From Fonticula alba ATCC 38817 (lineage: Eukaryota > Protista > Nucleariida), in NCBI GenBank assembly GCA_000388065.2, contig KB932204.1: DNA of 16,169 nt. One strand, 5' to 3'. A program made the translations under genes and the position numbers. The notes beneath the pieces were generated by a model. The model did not search any database and was not told the DNA's origin. It saw nothing but the letters and a program-made list of their open reading frames with translations. The stretch's first letter is position 1; each line of letters starts with the position of its first letter. Positions 1-9,171 of this stretch are shown here, in pieces.

Positions 1-51
1 ACACACACACACACACACACGCACCACCCTGACACCACTACATGCACACAG

Positions 52-829
52 TACCAGCTCAAGAAGTACGCCGAGGCCACCCTCGGGAGTGGCAACCTCC
101 GCCTGGCCGTGGTTCTGCCCGACAATGAGGATCTCAACGAGTGGCTCGCCGTGAACACGGTCGATTTCTTCAACCAGATCAACATGCTCTACGGCACGAT
201 CACCGAGTTTTGCACCGCCGAGAACCCCGAGTGCCGGGTCATGTCGGCCGGCGAGCGGTACATCTACTACTGGTCCGACGGGTCCAAGAAGAAGCCCGTG
301 GCCCTCAACGCCCCGGAGTACATCGATCAGCTGATGACCTGGATCCAGCAGCAGCTCGACGACGAGACCATCTTCCCCTCGCGCATTGGCGTCCCCTTCC
401 CGAAGAACTTCCAGACGGTCGTGCGCAACATGTTCAAGCGCCTCTTCCGCGTCTATGCCCACATCTACTACTCGCACTTCCCGAAGATCGTCAGCCTCGG
501 AGAAGAGGCCCATCTGAACACCTCGTTCAAGGTACGCGCTGGGGCCGGTGCTGTCGCGAGGGGGGGGGGGGGGCGGGGGGAACATGCATATCTCCCTTGG
601 ATGGATGTGTGGTGGCATGCGCTTGCCGAGACTGACTCTCTCTCTCTCTTTCTCTCGCTCTGTGTCTCCTGTGCGCGCCCCATACGCTATGTAGCACTTC
701 ATCTACTTCGTTCAGGAGTTCAAGCTCATCGAGGAGCGCGAGCTGGCCCCCCTGGCCTCGCTGATCGAGTCGCTGGTGGGCGAGCGCGGTGCCTCGGCCG
801 CCTCCGCCGACGCCAAGCCCTCCTCCTAA
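52..829 (+). CDS. MOB1: MOB kinase activator 1 (Mob1/phocein family), 5'-truncated; exons 52-531 and 695-829
   Basis: The upstream intron ends CACAG at 51. The frame then reads [54 protein letters not shown]...[14 protein letters not shown]...HLNTSFK. An intron (GTACGC at 532 to TAG at 694) is followed by [27 protein letters not shown]...KPSS and TAA at 827-829. The EATLGSG phosphosite motif and Cys/His zinc ligands are recognisable. The start exon(s) lie before the window. Confidence 0.96.
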
Positions 830-1625
830 GGGGGCGGGGGCAGCGACAGGGGAAGACTGGGGTCGAGCATGCATACCATGTCACGCGCCGCCCCTCTTCC
901 TCGGAAAATGGACCCAACCGTCGCCCCCCGGGTCACACCCTCTCCCCTTCCTCGCTGCGCGCCCCCCCCCCCCCCCCCCCCCCCCCGGCCTCTTCACGGG
1001 GCGGGGGGGGGGAGTGTGCACTGGACGTGCCGCGCCACACATGCACACGTACGTGTACCCGCTCGCGTGTGAGGGACAGTTGCCCCCACGCGGCGTACGT
1101 GCGCGTCCTCCCCCTCCCCCCCCCCACACCAGCAGGAGAGAGGGCCTCCCAGTGTGCGCATGGAAGGGCCACATGTGTGCGCGTGCACGCCAGAGAGCAG
1201 CATGCGCACAATCTCCCACACTCCTCTTATATACACACCAACAAATGCCTTTTCTCTTTCCTTCTCCCCCCTCCTTCTTTCTGTGCGTGCGTGTGCGGGT
1301 GGTGTTCCCGCTACGGGGCGGGGCATCTCCGTGGATGGAGATGCGGCGCGGGTGGTGCGCCGCCACAGAGGGGATCGATCACCGTGGCCCTCTCCGGGGC
1401 TGGGGAGGGTGGCATGCGCCGCGATCTCGTCGAGAGTGGGCGGGCAGTGTGCCCGAACATTGACAAGAGGCTTCCGACGGTCAGACGCCCCGGGCAGGCG
1501 AGCCAATCGGGCTACGGCCGAGGGGAGGGGACCGCCAAAGGGGGTACCGCCCGGAGTTTCCCGGGCCCATGTTTTTGCCTCTCTCACTCGCGGCTGCTCC
1601 CCCTGCAGGTGTTTTGGGCGACAAC

Positions 1626-1742
1626 GGGGGGGGGGGGGGGGGGNNNNNNNNNNNNNNNNNNNNNNNNNNNNNNNNNNNNNNNNNNNNNNNNNNNNNNNNN
1701 NNNNNNNNNNNNNNNNNNNNNNNNNNNNNNNNNNNNNNNNNN

Positions 1743-1793
<51 letters not shown>

Positions 1794-1794
1794 C
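1626..1794. other. Assembly gap (N 1644-1742) flanked by poly-G; other gaps at 2495-2609, 7552-7687 and 12702-12796
   Basis: Three of the four N-runs are bordered on both sides by G- or C-homopolymer tracts, and the 7552-7687 gap has a G-rich purine tract on one side. This is consistent with sequencing drop-out at G4-prone DNA. Gap lengths are estimates. Confidence 0.9.
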
Positions 1795-2918
1795 GGAAGC
1801 AGCCGGGAAAAGAGAGATGTTACCCCCCTCTCGGGGGAGGCCGAAGGTGACACTCGCACGGCACCGTAGGCCGGGCCACCGCCGTCCGGGGGGACCCGCC
1901 CGTGCCTTCGTGGGCACTTTGCCCCTCGGCCGAAGAGGGGCTCATGGCCGTCCGCTTGTTGTGGGTCGCGGCGATGGCGGGGGGCCACACACCTCCCGGG
2001 CGCTACATGCGCGCCTTTCCCTGAGGCAAGACACCGCGTAGCCGGGGCGTTTTCGATGAAAACCGGATTATTTATATGGCCGAAAGAATATACACACGCC
2101 TCGCCGGACCCTCGACTTGTCCTACACAGTCATCAGAACGGCCGGACCGTGTACCAGAATCCGCCGGTTGGTCGCGCACGCACCCGCAGTCGCGGGCCGG
2201 AGGGGAGAGCGAGAGGGGGGCGGGCGGGCGGGCGGGCGACGGGGCTGTGAAAACAAGCTCGGCGGCGGGGATGATGCGTGGCAGTTCTTCGCCCAGTGTG
2301 GGCACATCTGCCAGGGTCCCCCGGGACGATGCGCGTCCACCCCCGCGGGAGCATTTCGTGTGCCCGGTCGGCCTGCTACTGGGGGCCTCTCTCGGTCCCC
2401 TGCCCGCCCCCCCCGCGTGCTGCCACCCTGTGCCGGCCGGCGGACCGGGGCAGAATGGGGAGGTCGTGAGGGGGCAGGGGGGGGGGGGGGGGGCNNNNNN
2501 NNNNNNNNNNNNNNNNNNNNNNNNNNNNNNNNNNNNNNNNNNNNNNNNNNNNNNNNNNNNNNNNNNNNNNNNNNNNNNNNNNNNNNNNNNNNNNNNNNNN
2601 NNNNNNNNNGGGGGGGGGGGGACGGCCCGCCTTCGGGCGGGGGCCACGCCAACAGGTCGCCCCCGTCCCGCCCTGGCTGGAATCGGTAGCACCGCCTCGG
2701 CGCGTCCGGGGCCGGCGCGCGGCACGAGGCCGCCGCCCACACACGGGCTACATGTACACGCCACGTTCTGATGGGCGCAGGGGATGGCCGCCATCCGCGG
2801 TGCATGTGGGCGTGGGCGCGGGTGTGGGTGTGGCCGCCCGCGGTCGGCCACGCGCGCGGAGGATGGTCATTTTTCTGGGGCCCAGGCCGGGGCATCATCC
2901 GGGATGGTTCTCTCTCAA

Positions 2919-2966
2919 CCTCGTTCTCTTTTGGAAACTCTCTTTGGAAGGACACGAGGATTAACA
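2919..2966 (+). promoter_or_regulatory. Putative pyrimidine-rich (TCT/TOP-like) start region and 5' leader of RPL27A
   Basis: TTCTCTTTT and CTCTTT tracts lie 20-45 nt upstream of the inferred ATG, as is typical of ribosomal protein genes. No transcription start data are available. Confidence 0.3.
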
Positions 2967-4518
2967 ATGGTTCGCCCTCCTGCTCCTCTCCCTCCTCCCC
3001 TTTTCTCGCCTCCTCCTCCCCGCTCTCGCCTCGCCTCGCCCTCCCCCCCCCTCTCTCTCTCTCTCCTGCCGACGTGTCCTCGTCCCCCCTTCTTCCTGCC
3101 CCTCTCCTTTGCTCCGGGTGATGCACGGCCCGTTGCCCGTGTCCCGTGCTTCGGGCCCTGTACTCTGCCCTTCTTGCTTCGTGGCCTGGGCCATGCCCGT
3201 GTGTGTGTGTGTGTGCGCGCGCGTGCGCGCGCGTCGTCGCGCGTGACTCGCCCCTCTCTTCGTGGAGGGGTGGCTCATCGCTCGACCGGATGCGCGCTTG
3301 AGCGCGCGCGCCCGCCCGCCCCCTGGCCAGAGCAGCCGCGGGGACTCCTCCGCTCGAGGCGTCCCATCCCTCTCCATCTTTCTCCCCCTCGTCGCGCGCT
3401 CCCCATGCCCGTCCTAACTGTCGTCCCGTCCCCCTCTCGCTCTCGCTCCCGCTCTCGCTCTCGCTCTCTCCGCCCCCAGACCACTCGCTTCAAGCACACT
3501 CGCAAGCTCCGCGGTCACGTCTCTCACGGTAAGGGTCGTGTCGGCAAGCACCGCAAGAACCCCGGTGGTCGTGGTAACGCTGGTGGTATGCTCCACCACC
3601 GCACCAACTTCGACAAGTTCCATCCCGGTTACTTCGGTAAGATTGGTATGCGCTACTTCAACCGCACCCACCAGCAGTACTACACCCCCGTCATCAACGT
3701 CGACAAGCTGTGGTCTCTGGTCCCCGCTGAGGCCGCCGCTGCCCAGACTGAGAAGGATGCCCTCGTCATTGACTGCGTTGCCAACGTGCGTTCCACCCCT
3801 CTCCCCCTGGCCCCTCCTTCGCTTCTGTCATTGCTTTTGCCTTTTGCGCGCGCGCGCGCCCTCTCGATGTCTGTCGGATGTGCCACGCATCCGACCACGC
3901 ACCGCCCCGCCGTCCTCGCCGCGCGTCGTGTCCGGGCCCGTCGCGTGACCCTCCCTCTCTCTCTCTCTCTCTCTCCTCGCTGCTGCGCCAACACGCGCGC
4001 GCGCGCCCGGCCCCGAGCCCCGGCCGCTGCCGGAATATGTGTGCCCCCCTCGCACGAAGAGAGCATGCACTGTGACCAGGGGGGGGGGAGACAGGGTCCC
4101 CGTCCGGCGGCCTCCTGTTCCCTCCTTCCGTGCTGCTCTTTTCGAGGGGGGGCTCCCTTTCGTGCTCTCGCTGGCTGGCTTGCGCGCTGCGCCGTGTGCC
4201 TGTGTGTTGTGTGGTAGTTGAGGCGTCCGGGAGGAGGGGAGGTCGCCATGCGCGCGGCGGCCTTTCGACGCGAGGAGAAGCGGTCCCCCCGTGTTTTGGC
4301 CTCTCTCTCCTCATGCGGCGCTCCGCGCTCTCCTCCTCCCTCTTTCGCTGCATCTCTCCGCTCCATGTGGCTATCATTGTGCTGACATCCGCGTCTCTCT
4401 CCCCGCGCGCGCGCCCCTCCCCTCCCCTCTCGATACACAGGGCTACTTCAAGGTCCTCGGCAAGGGTCACCTGCCCAAGAAGCCCATCGTCGTCCGCGCC
4501 AAGTTCTTCTCTGAGCTT

Positions 4519-4549
<31 letters not shown>

Positions 4550-4569
4550 TCTGCATCCTCGTCGCCTAA
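2967..4569 (+). CDS. RPL27A: 60S ribosomal protein L27a (uL15; yeast Rpl28/Cyh2 ortholog), 145 aa; exons 2967-2969 (ATG only), 3480-3785, 4441-4569
   Basis: Exon 2 reads [58 protein letters not shown]...[10 protein letters not shown]...IDCVAN. Exon 3 reads [42 protein letters not shown]. Introns are 2970-3479 (GTTCGC, CTAAC at 3414, CAG) and 3786-4440 (GTGCGT, CTGAC at 4382, CAG). The ATG-only first exon is inferred from ACAATG|GTTCGC and is less certain than exons 2-3. Confidence 0.96.
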
Positions 4570-5218
4570 GCGCACGCAGAATGTACCCGCACCTCTTTTC
4601 CTCACAGACGTCGACCCTTTTGTTTGCTAGCAGCCATGTCCGGGGGGATGCGGGGCGGTGTTTCTTCCCCTCCTCTCCGTGTGTGTTTGCTGCAGACCAG
4701 GAAGAGGAGGGAGGATGCTCCTCTCCTCTTGTTGGCGGGGGCGCGAGAGAGCCGCCGTGTTGTCCGCGCGGGCGGGGGGTCCGAGGCGACAGAGAGAGGG
4801 GCGCTCCGCGCGCGCACATACACACGCGCCTGCGCCTCTCTCTCCCCCTCTCTCTCTATCTCTCTCCGCCCTCCTCCCCCCTGTCCTCCTTCTCGGCGAC
4901 TGGCGGCAAAAACCCAGCCCTTGTCTCCCCTTCATCAATACAACTGGCAAGTTCCAAATGTCCACAGAGAGAGCCCGCTTGACGCGGCGTGTGGTGCGGA
5001 GAGCGGGTGTGTGTGTGTGTGTGTGTGTGCCGTGCCGCACGGCGAGGAGGAGGCGCGCGCCTGCCGCCGGCACTGTGCCCATCTTCTCCGTTTCCTCGTT
5101 TCCGGATGACGAGGCATGGGGCGGGGGGGATGGCGTTGCTGCGTCTGTCGCCCGAGCGGGCGCGCGCGCCTCGTCGGTCTTTCCCGCTGCCCCTGTGTGG
5201 AGTGTTCCCGAGCGAGGG

Positions 5219-5221
<3 letters not shown>

Positions 5222-5255
<34 letters not shown>
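5222..5255. repeat. (TG)n microsatellite; similar tracts at 1-20 (CA), 5007-5029, 6401-6428 and 6607-6632
   Basis: Uninterrupted dinucleotide runs. The 6401 and 6607 tracts lie in p24 introns 5 and 4 and read CA on the sense strand. Confidence 0.95.
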
Positions 5256-5256
<1 letters not shown>

Positions 5257-5676
5257 TCCCCTCTCCGCCTCACCCTGGAGTCCGCCCTCTGCCCTTCTTC
5301 GCGGCCCCTCGTTTCGCCGGCGGTGACGCGCGTGCCCAGTTGTGGGCAGTGCCCGTGGAGCGGGGGGATCGGTGTCCGCGGAGGCATCTTCCGCGCCGTG
5401 CTGCCTCCCAGCTCCGGTCATTACCCAGCGAGAGTAGCGTAGCGTAGGGAGGGGGGCGGGGGGGGCAGAAGACGACCATCCTGGAGGGACCAATTACAGT
5501 GGCCCGGTGACAGCACGGCGGCCAGGATAACAACCTCAGCCGGTGGATGTTCTCTCGCCCAGGGCATGTCTCTCTCTCCATCGGCGGCCGCCCCCGTCCC
5601 CGAGGGCCGGCATGTGTCTCGGGCTCAGTTAAACTGAGTTACGGAAATTCGACTTTGCAGGTGATGGCCCGGTTCC

Positions 5677-5681
5677 AAAAA
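5677..5681 (-). terminator. Pol III oligo-dT terminator of tRNA-Val
   Basis: T5 on the minus strand, starting 9 nt after the discriminator base. Confidence 0.7.
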
Positions 5682-5689
5682 GAAATAAC

Positions 5690-5763
5690 TGTCCGAACCA
5701 GGACTCGAACCTGGGACATTCTGTGTGTTAGACAGATATGATAACCATCTACATCATTCGGAC
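5690..5763 (-). tRNA. tRNA-Val (anticodon AAC, read as IAC)
   Basis: The reverse complement folds as GTCCGAA-TG-D arm-TCTGT[CT AAC AC]ACAGA-ATGTC-CCAGG[TTCGAGT]CCTGG-TTCGGAC-A, 74 nt. A T5 tract follows at 5677-5681 (-). Confidence 0.97.
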
Positions 5764-6249
5764 CGGCTTATAAGGCGTCGAGGCCACGGCGGCGTGAAGT
5801 AGCTGCGTGTGGTTGCCCTCAGCACAAACGCCAGCGGAGCCTTATGTGTGCTTTGTGCGCGGTGCGGGCGCGTGTTTGGTTCCCCTCTCTGTCCTGGAGA
5901 ACACAGTGCCAGGGAAGGTGGCGGGGGGCAAAAAAAAAGACAATCCCCAGGGAGGGAACCTCATCACCGAAAGGCCGGGCGTGAATGTGCAAGCATATTT
6001 TGTGTATTTAGGGGCATTGGTTTGTTGTTCGTGTTGTTGGCCATTTGGATGGGACGGCGTGCATGTGTGTGTGTGTGTGTGTGAGAGTGAGAGAGTGAGA
6101 GTGTATGGGGATGTGTGTGAATGTATGCATGTATGCGTGGAGCGAGCGGTGGGACCAGGCCCGGGATGGTGGCATGCGCAGGTGTGCCACCATGGGCGAG
6201 AGATCATCCGGCTCCATTCCGGCCTACTTTTTGTGGACACCCTCTCTCC

Positions 6250-6397
6250 TCAGACAACACGGCGGGTGGTGAAGAAGCTCCGGAGGTGGGCCATTTGCCA
6301 GAGGGCCACACCGACGAAGACCACGATCTGGACGATGAGGAACCAGGCGACGCGGGAGTTGACGCGCTCGGAGGCATCGCGGAAGCTGGCCTCCTGA

Positions 6398-6431
<34 letters not shown>

Positions 6432-7298
6432 GAGGAAGGGGGGCGGGGAGGGGGCCAGGTGCACCGTGCGGAGGTGGGTCACTGGGCAAGGAACGTACAC
6501 GCTGGTAGGACTGGGCACGGCGAATGTCGGCGATGCGAACGTTCATGCGGCGAAGGCTGGCACGGAGGTCTGGGGATGGGGATTGTGCATGGAACAAGAG
6601 CACACCGTGTGTGTGTGTGTGTGTGTGTGTGTAGGCACGGCAGGGCGGTCAGAAATCCGCGGGGGTGGGCGCGAACAGGGGAAGGTGTTTTTTTTCTCGG
6701 TTGTGTCCTCTCTTTCGAGGGGCAGGGCGCTCGAGCACGTACTGTTGACACGGTCGACGATGGCAGCATCATCGCCGGAGTTGACCAGCTGGCTGTTCGG
6801 ATCGGCATCCTCGAGAGTGGCTTCGCCGATGGTCATGGTGAAGTCGAGACGCTACAGACGCGCGGAAGGAGAGAGGGAGAGAGAGGCCGGGTGGGATGGG
6901 GGTCAGCGGGGGGGGGCGGCCGGTCGGGGGTGGAGGGTGGGCGAGGACGCACGCTGCGGGCATTCGAGCGCCAGCTGGCATAGGACGAGCGGAAGCAAAT
7001 CAGATGCTCGCCAGGCTCGACAGTGGTGAAGGCGAAGGTGCCGCGGGAGCCCAGGTTCGAGGAGTAGATCGTGTGCCCGGAGAACTTCTCCTGCGTGCGT
7101 GCGTGCGTGCAAGTCGGGCGGGTGAGTGCGAGTGTAAGGCGGAGCGCGCATGCATGGGAGGGGCCAAGAAGGCAGCACGAACCTTGACCTCGAGGGCGGC
7201 ATTAAAGTCGTGGTTCTCCAGGAGCCGGGTCCCCTCGTAGACGCGGAGCTCGGCATCGCCTGGCGGGGTAGGGCCGACGGTCGGTGAGTGGTGGCTTT

Positions 7299-7329
<31 letters not shown>

Positions 7330-7549
7330 AGGAGCATGCGGACAGGGCGAGAGGGGGGGGGGGCAGCATGCGCGTACCGAGGACCAGGGTTTGCCCGGGG
7401 AGATCCTCCAGGAAGCACCGGGGAGTCGACTGCTCCAGGTAGAAGTGCAGGGCACTGGTCGGCCGCGGGGCCAGGGTGAGCATGCCCAGCAGGGCAAGCA
7501 GGCCCACCAGGAGGGCCAGGCCGGCGCTGCGCGGGGAGGGGGCGGACAT
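6250..7549 (-). CDS. p24/emp24/gp25L (TMED) family ER-Golgi cargo receptor, alpha-like lumenal domain, 238 aa; exons 7549-7378, 7259-7183, 7090-6953, 6851-6743, 6569-6499, 6399-6250
   Basis: Signal peptide MSAPSPRSAGLALLVGLLALLGMLTLAPRPTSA. GOLD domain LHFYLEQSTPRCFLEDLPGQTLVLG...GTFAFTTVEPGEHLICF. Coiled coil ...QSYQRVQEASFRDASERVNSRV, transmembrane segment AWFLIVQIVVFVGVALWQM and tail HLRSFFTTRRVV*. All five introns are GT-AG with consistent phase (717 nt CDS). The ATG abuts an N-gap, so an upstream start cannot be excluded. Confidence 0.93.
7300..7329. repeat. (CGG)10 trinucleotide repeat in p24 intron 1
   Basis: A perfect CGG run between the exon 1 donor (7377) and the exon 2 start (7259). 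Confidence 0.9.
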
Positions 7550-8125
7550 CGNNNNNNNNNNNNNNNNNNNNNNNNNNNNNNNNNNNNNNNNNNNNNNNNN
7601 NNNNNNNNNNNNNNNNNNNNNNNNNNNNNNNNNNNNNNNNNNNNNNNNNNNNNNNNNNNNNNNNNNNNNNNNNNNNNNNNNNNNNNNGAGGGCGAGAGGA
7701 GGGGAGAGGGGGGGGGGAGGGAGGCGGGCACGAGAGGGGAGAGTAGGAGGGGGAGTTGCCGGGCCAGCGGGGCCGAATGGCGGAGGACCTGCGCCCGGAA
7801 AAATGCCCGGCGCAGTCATGGCGAGCGCTTGTGCGGGTGTTCCCCCGGCACCGCGTTTCGCACGCACGGGGTGGAATGCGCATTGTTCTCCCCCCGGCCG
7901 AAGCTCATCCTGTCCGCTCTCCCGGCCCGGCCCCGCCCCCCGGGGAGGGGGCAGGGACACGCTACGTTCTTAACACGCACACACGGCCGCCTCTCGGTCT
8001 CGCGCGCCGCCGTGCGCGCTAGAGTCCAGCGGGCCCGCGCGCCAGTCATTATTCTTTTGGTTAGTGTCTCTCGCCCGCCGGTGTTGGCCAGGTCTCCGGC
8101 GCGCCGGACGCACGCGCCTGCCTGC

Positions 8126-8162
<37 letters not shown>

Positions 8163-8371
8163 CGGCTTCCGGGCAGGCTCTGTTACACTTGACACAGGAG
8201 GGCGGCCCCACACTCTCACCAGCCCCCCCCCCCCCCCTTCTCTGGTGCGAGGGGGGCTGGGCTGGGGCCCTGCGCGCGCGCGCGCACGGCGGGATCTGTC
8301 ATCGGGCGGGCGGCGGCAGTCCGGCGGTTGTCAGAACGCCGGGGCTCCATCAGAACCGTGTCTCGAAGGGG

Positions 8372-8380
8372 AAAAATAAA
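8372..8380 (-). terminator. Pol III oligo-dT terminator of tRNA-Gly
   Basis: TTTATTTTT on the minus strand, just after the tRNA 3' end. Confidence 0.7.
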
Positions 8381-8388
8381 GGCATGTA

Positions 8389-8459
8389 TGCGTCGACCGG
8401 GAATCGAACCCGGGTCTACCGCGTGGCAGGCGGCAATTCTACCACTAAACCATCGACGC
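8389..8459 (-). tRNA. tRNA-Gly (GCC)
   Basis: Reverse complement GCGTCGA-TG-GTTTAGTGGTAGAAT-T-GCCGC[CT GCC AC]GCGGT-AGAC-CCGGG[TTCGATT]CCCGG-TCGACGC-A, 71 nt. TTTATTTTT follows at 8372-8380 (-). Confidence 0.97.
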
Positions 8460-9171
8460 TTCCATGGGGAACAGACCCTCCCGAGGGCTGAAGTAGGTGC
8501 TCTTCGGCGGGCTGTGTCCGGCGTTCCAGCGCGCAGCGGGCTGTTTTCCGGGCTCGGCGCCAGTTCCGTGTCCCAGGCCGCGCCGGAGTGAGGCGGAAGT
8601 GCCCGGGGCGAGGTTGGCTGCTTCTCCTTCCCAGGAGGAATGGCGGGTCAAGCCCTGCCGGGAGCGCGAGGGCGGACACACGCATTGCGCCCCGAGCCCG
8701 TCCCCGCCCTGTGTGCGTGTATGTGTGTGTGCGTGTGTGCGTGTCTCTAGTGTCCAGCCCTCTGTATAGGCAGGGGGCGGGGGGCGCGGGAATGAACAAC
8801 GGCCGAGGGTGGTCCCGGGCACGGGACGTTCCCCGGCTCGGCCTGCCCCCTGGGTGTAGGGATGTGCCCAGTGCCAGAGGGGCGTGGGGGGGAGGGCGGG
8901 GGGCGTCCGGCTTGCGAGTCCGTTGGCCCAGCCGCGCCTCGGAGTGGAGCACATTCCTTTAGAGTCGGCACTGTTCTGCAATGGCGCCCGGGCGCCGGCC
9001 GGCAGCCCCCTCCTCCCTCAGGATCCCCTTTCGCCCCCCCCCCCCCCCATCCACTCCTCTGTTCCTCCCTCCTTTTCGCCCGTCCTCTCCCTGTCCCCCC
9101 TCCCGCCCCCGCCCCCCTGTGTCTCGCCCTCCCTCGCCCCAGCCGCCCTCCCCCCTCCCCCGAGAGAACAC

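Noticed and set aside
1936-1945. GGGGCTCAT match to the RNase MRP CR-V element (plus strand)
   Set aside because: No upstream GAAAGUCCCC partner for helix P4 in the sequenced DNA, and the G-run is used by a local 7-bp hairpin.
2040-2137. CTGATGA on the minus strand (2136-2130) as a hammerhead core or snoRNA box C
   Set aside because: No stem II plus GAAA geometry, and the nearest GAAA is locked in a GTTTTC/GAAAAC hairpin. No CTGA box D follows at a suitable distance.
4890-4990. SECIS-like AUGA...AA...GA on the minus strand, and a U6-like ACAGAGA on the plus strand
   Set aside because: The SECIS helix II cannot form and no in-frame UGA gene is nearby. The ACAGAGA is not followed by the U6 AGAUUAGC sequence.
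4627-5493. Possible spliced minus-strand gene between RPL27A and tRNA-Val (GTGAGG and GTGCGG donor-like sites, CA repeats ending in CAG)
   Set aside because: The putative exons give low-complexity peptides. The most protein-like piece (RALSVDIWNLPVVLMKG) has low GC3, unlike the real genes. The AT island is better explained as the RPL27A 3' end. RNA-seq would settle it.
5819-5967. Box C (GTGATGA) and box D (CTGA) on the minus strand about 150 nt apart
   Set aside because: No terminal stem, an internal T9 tract, no C'/D' boxes and no recognisable rRNA-complementary guide.
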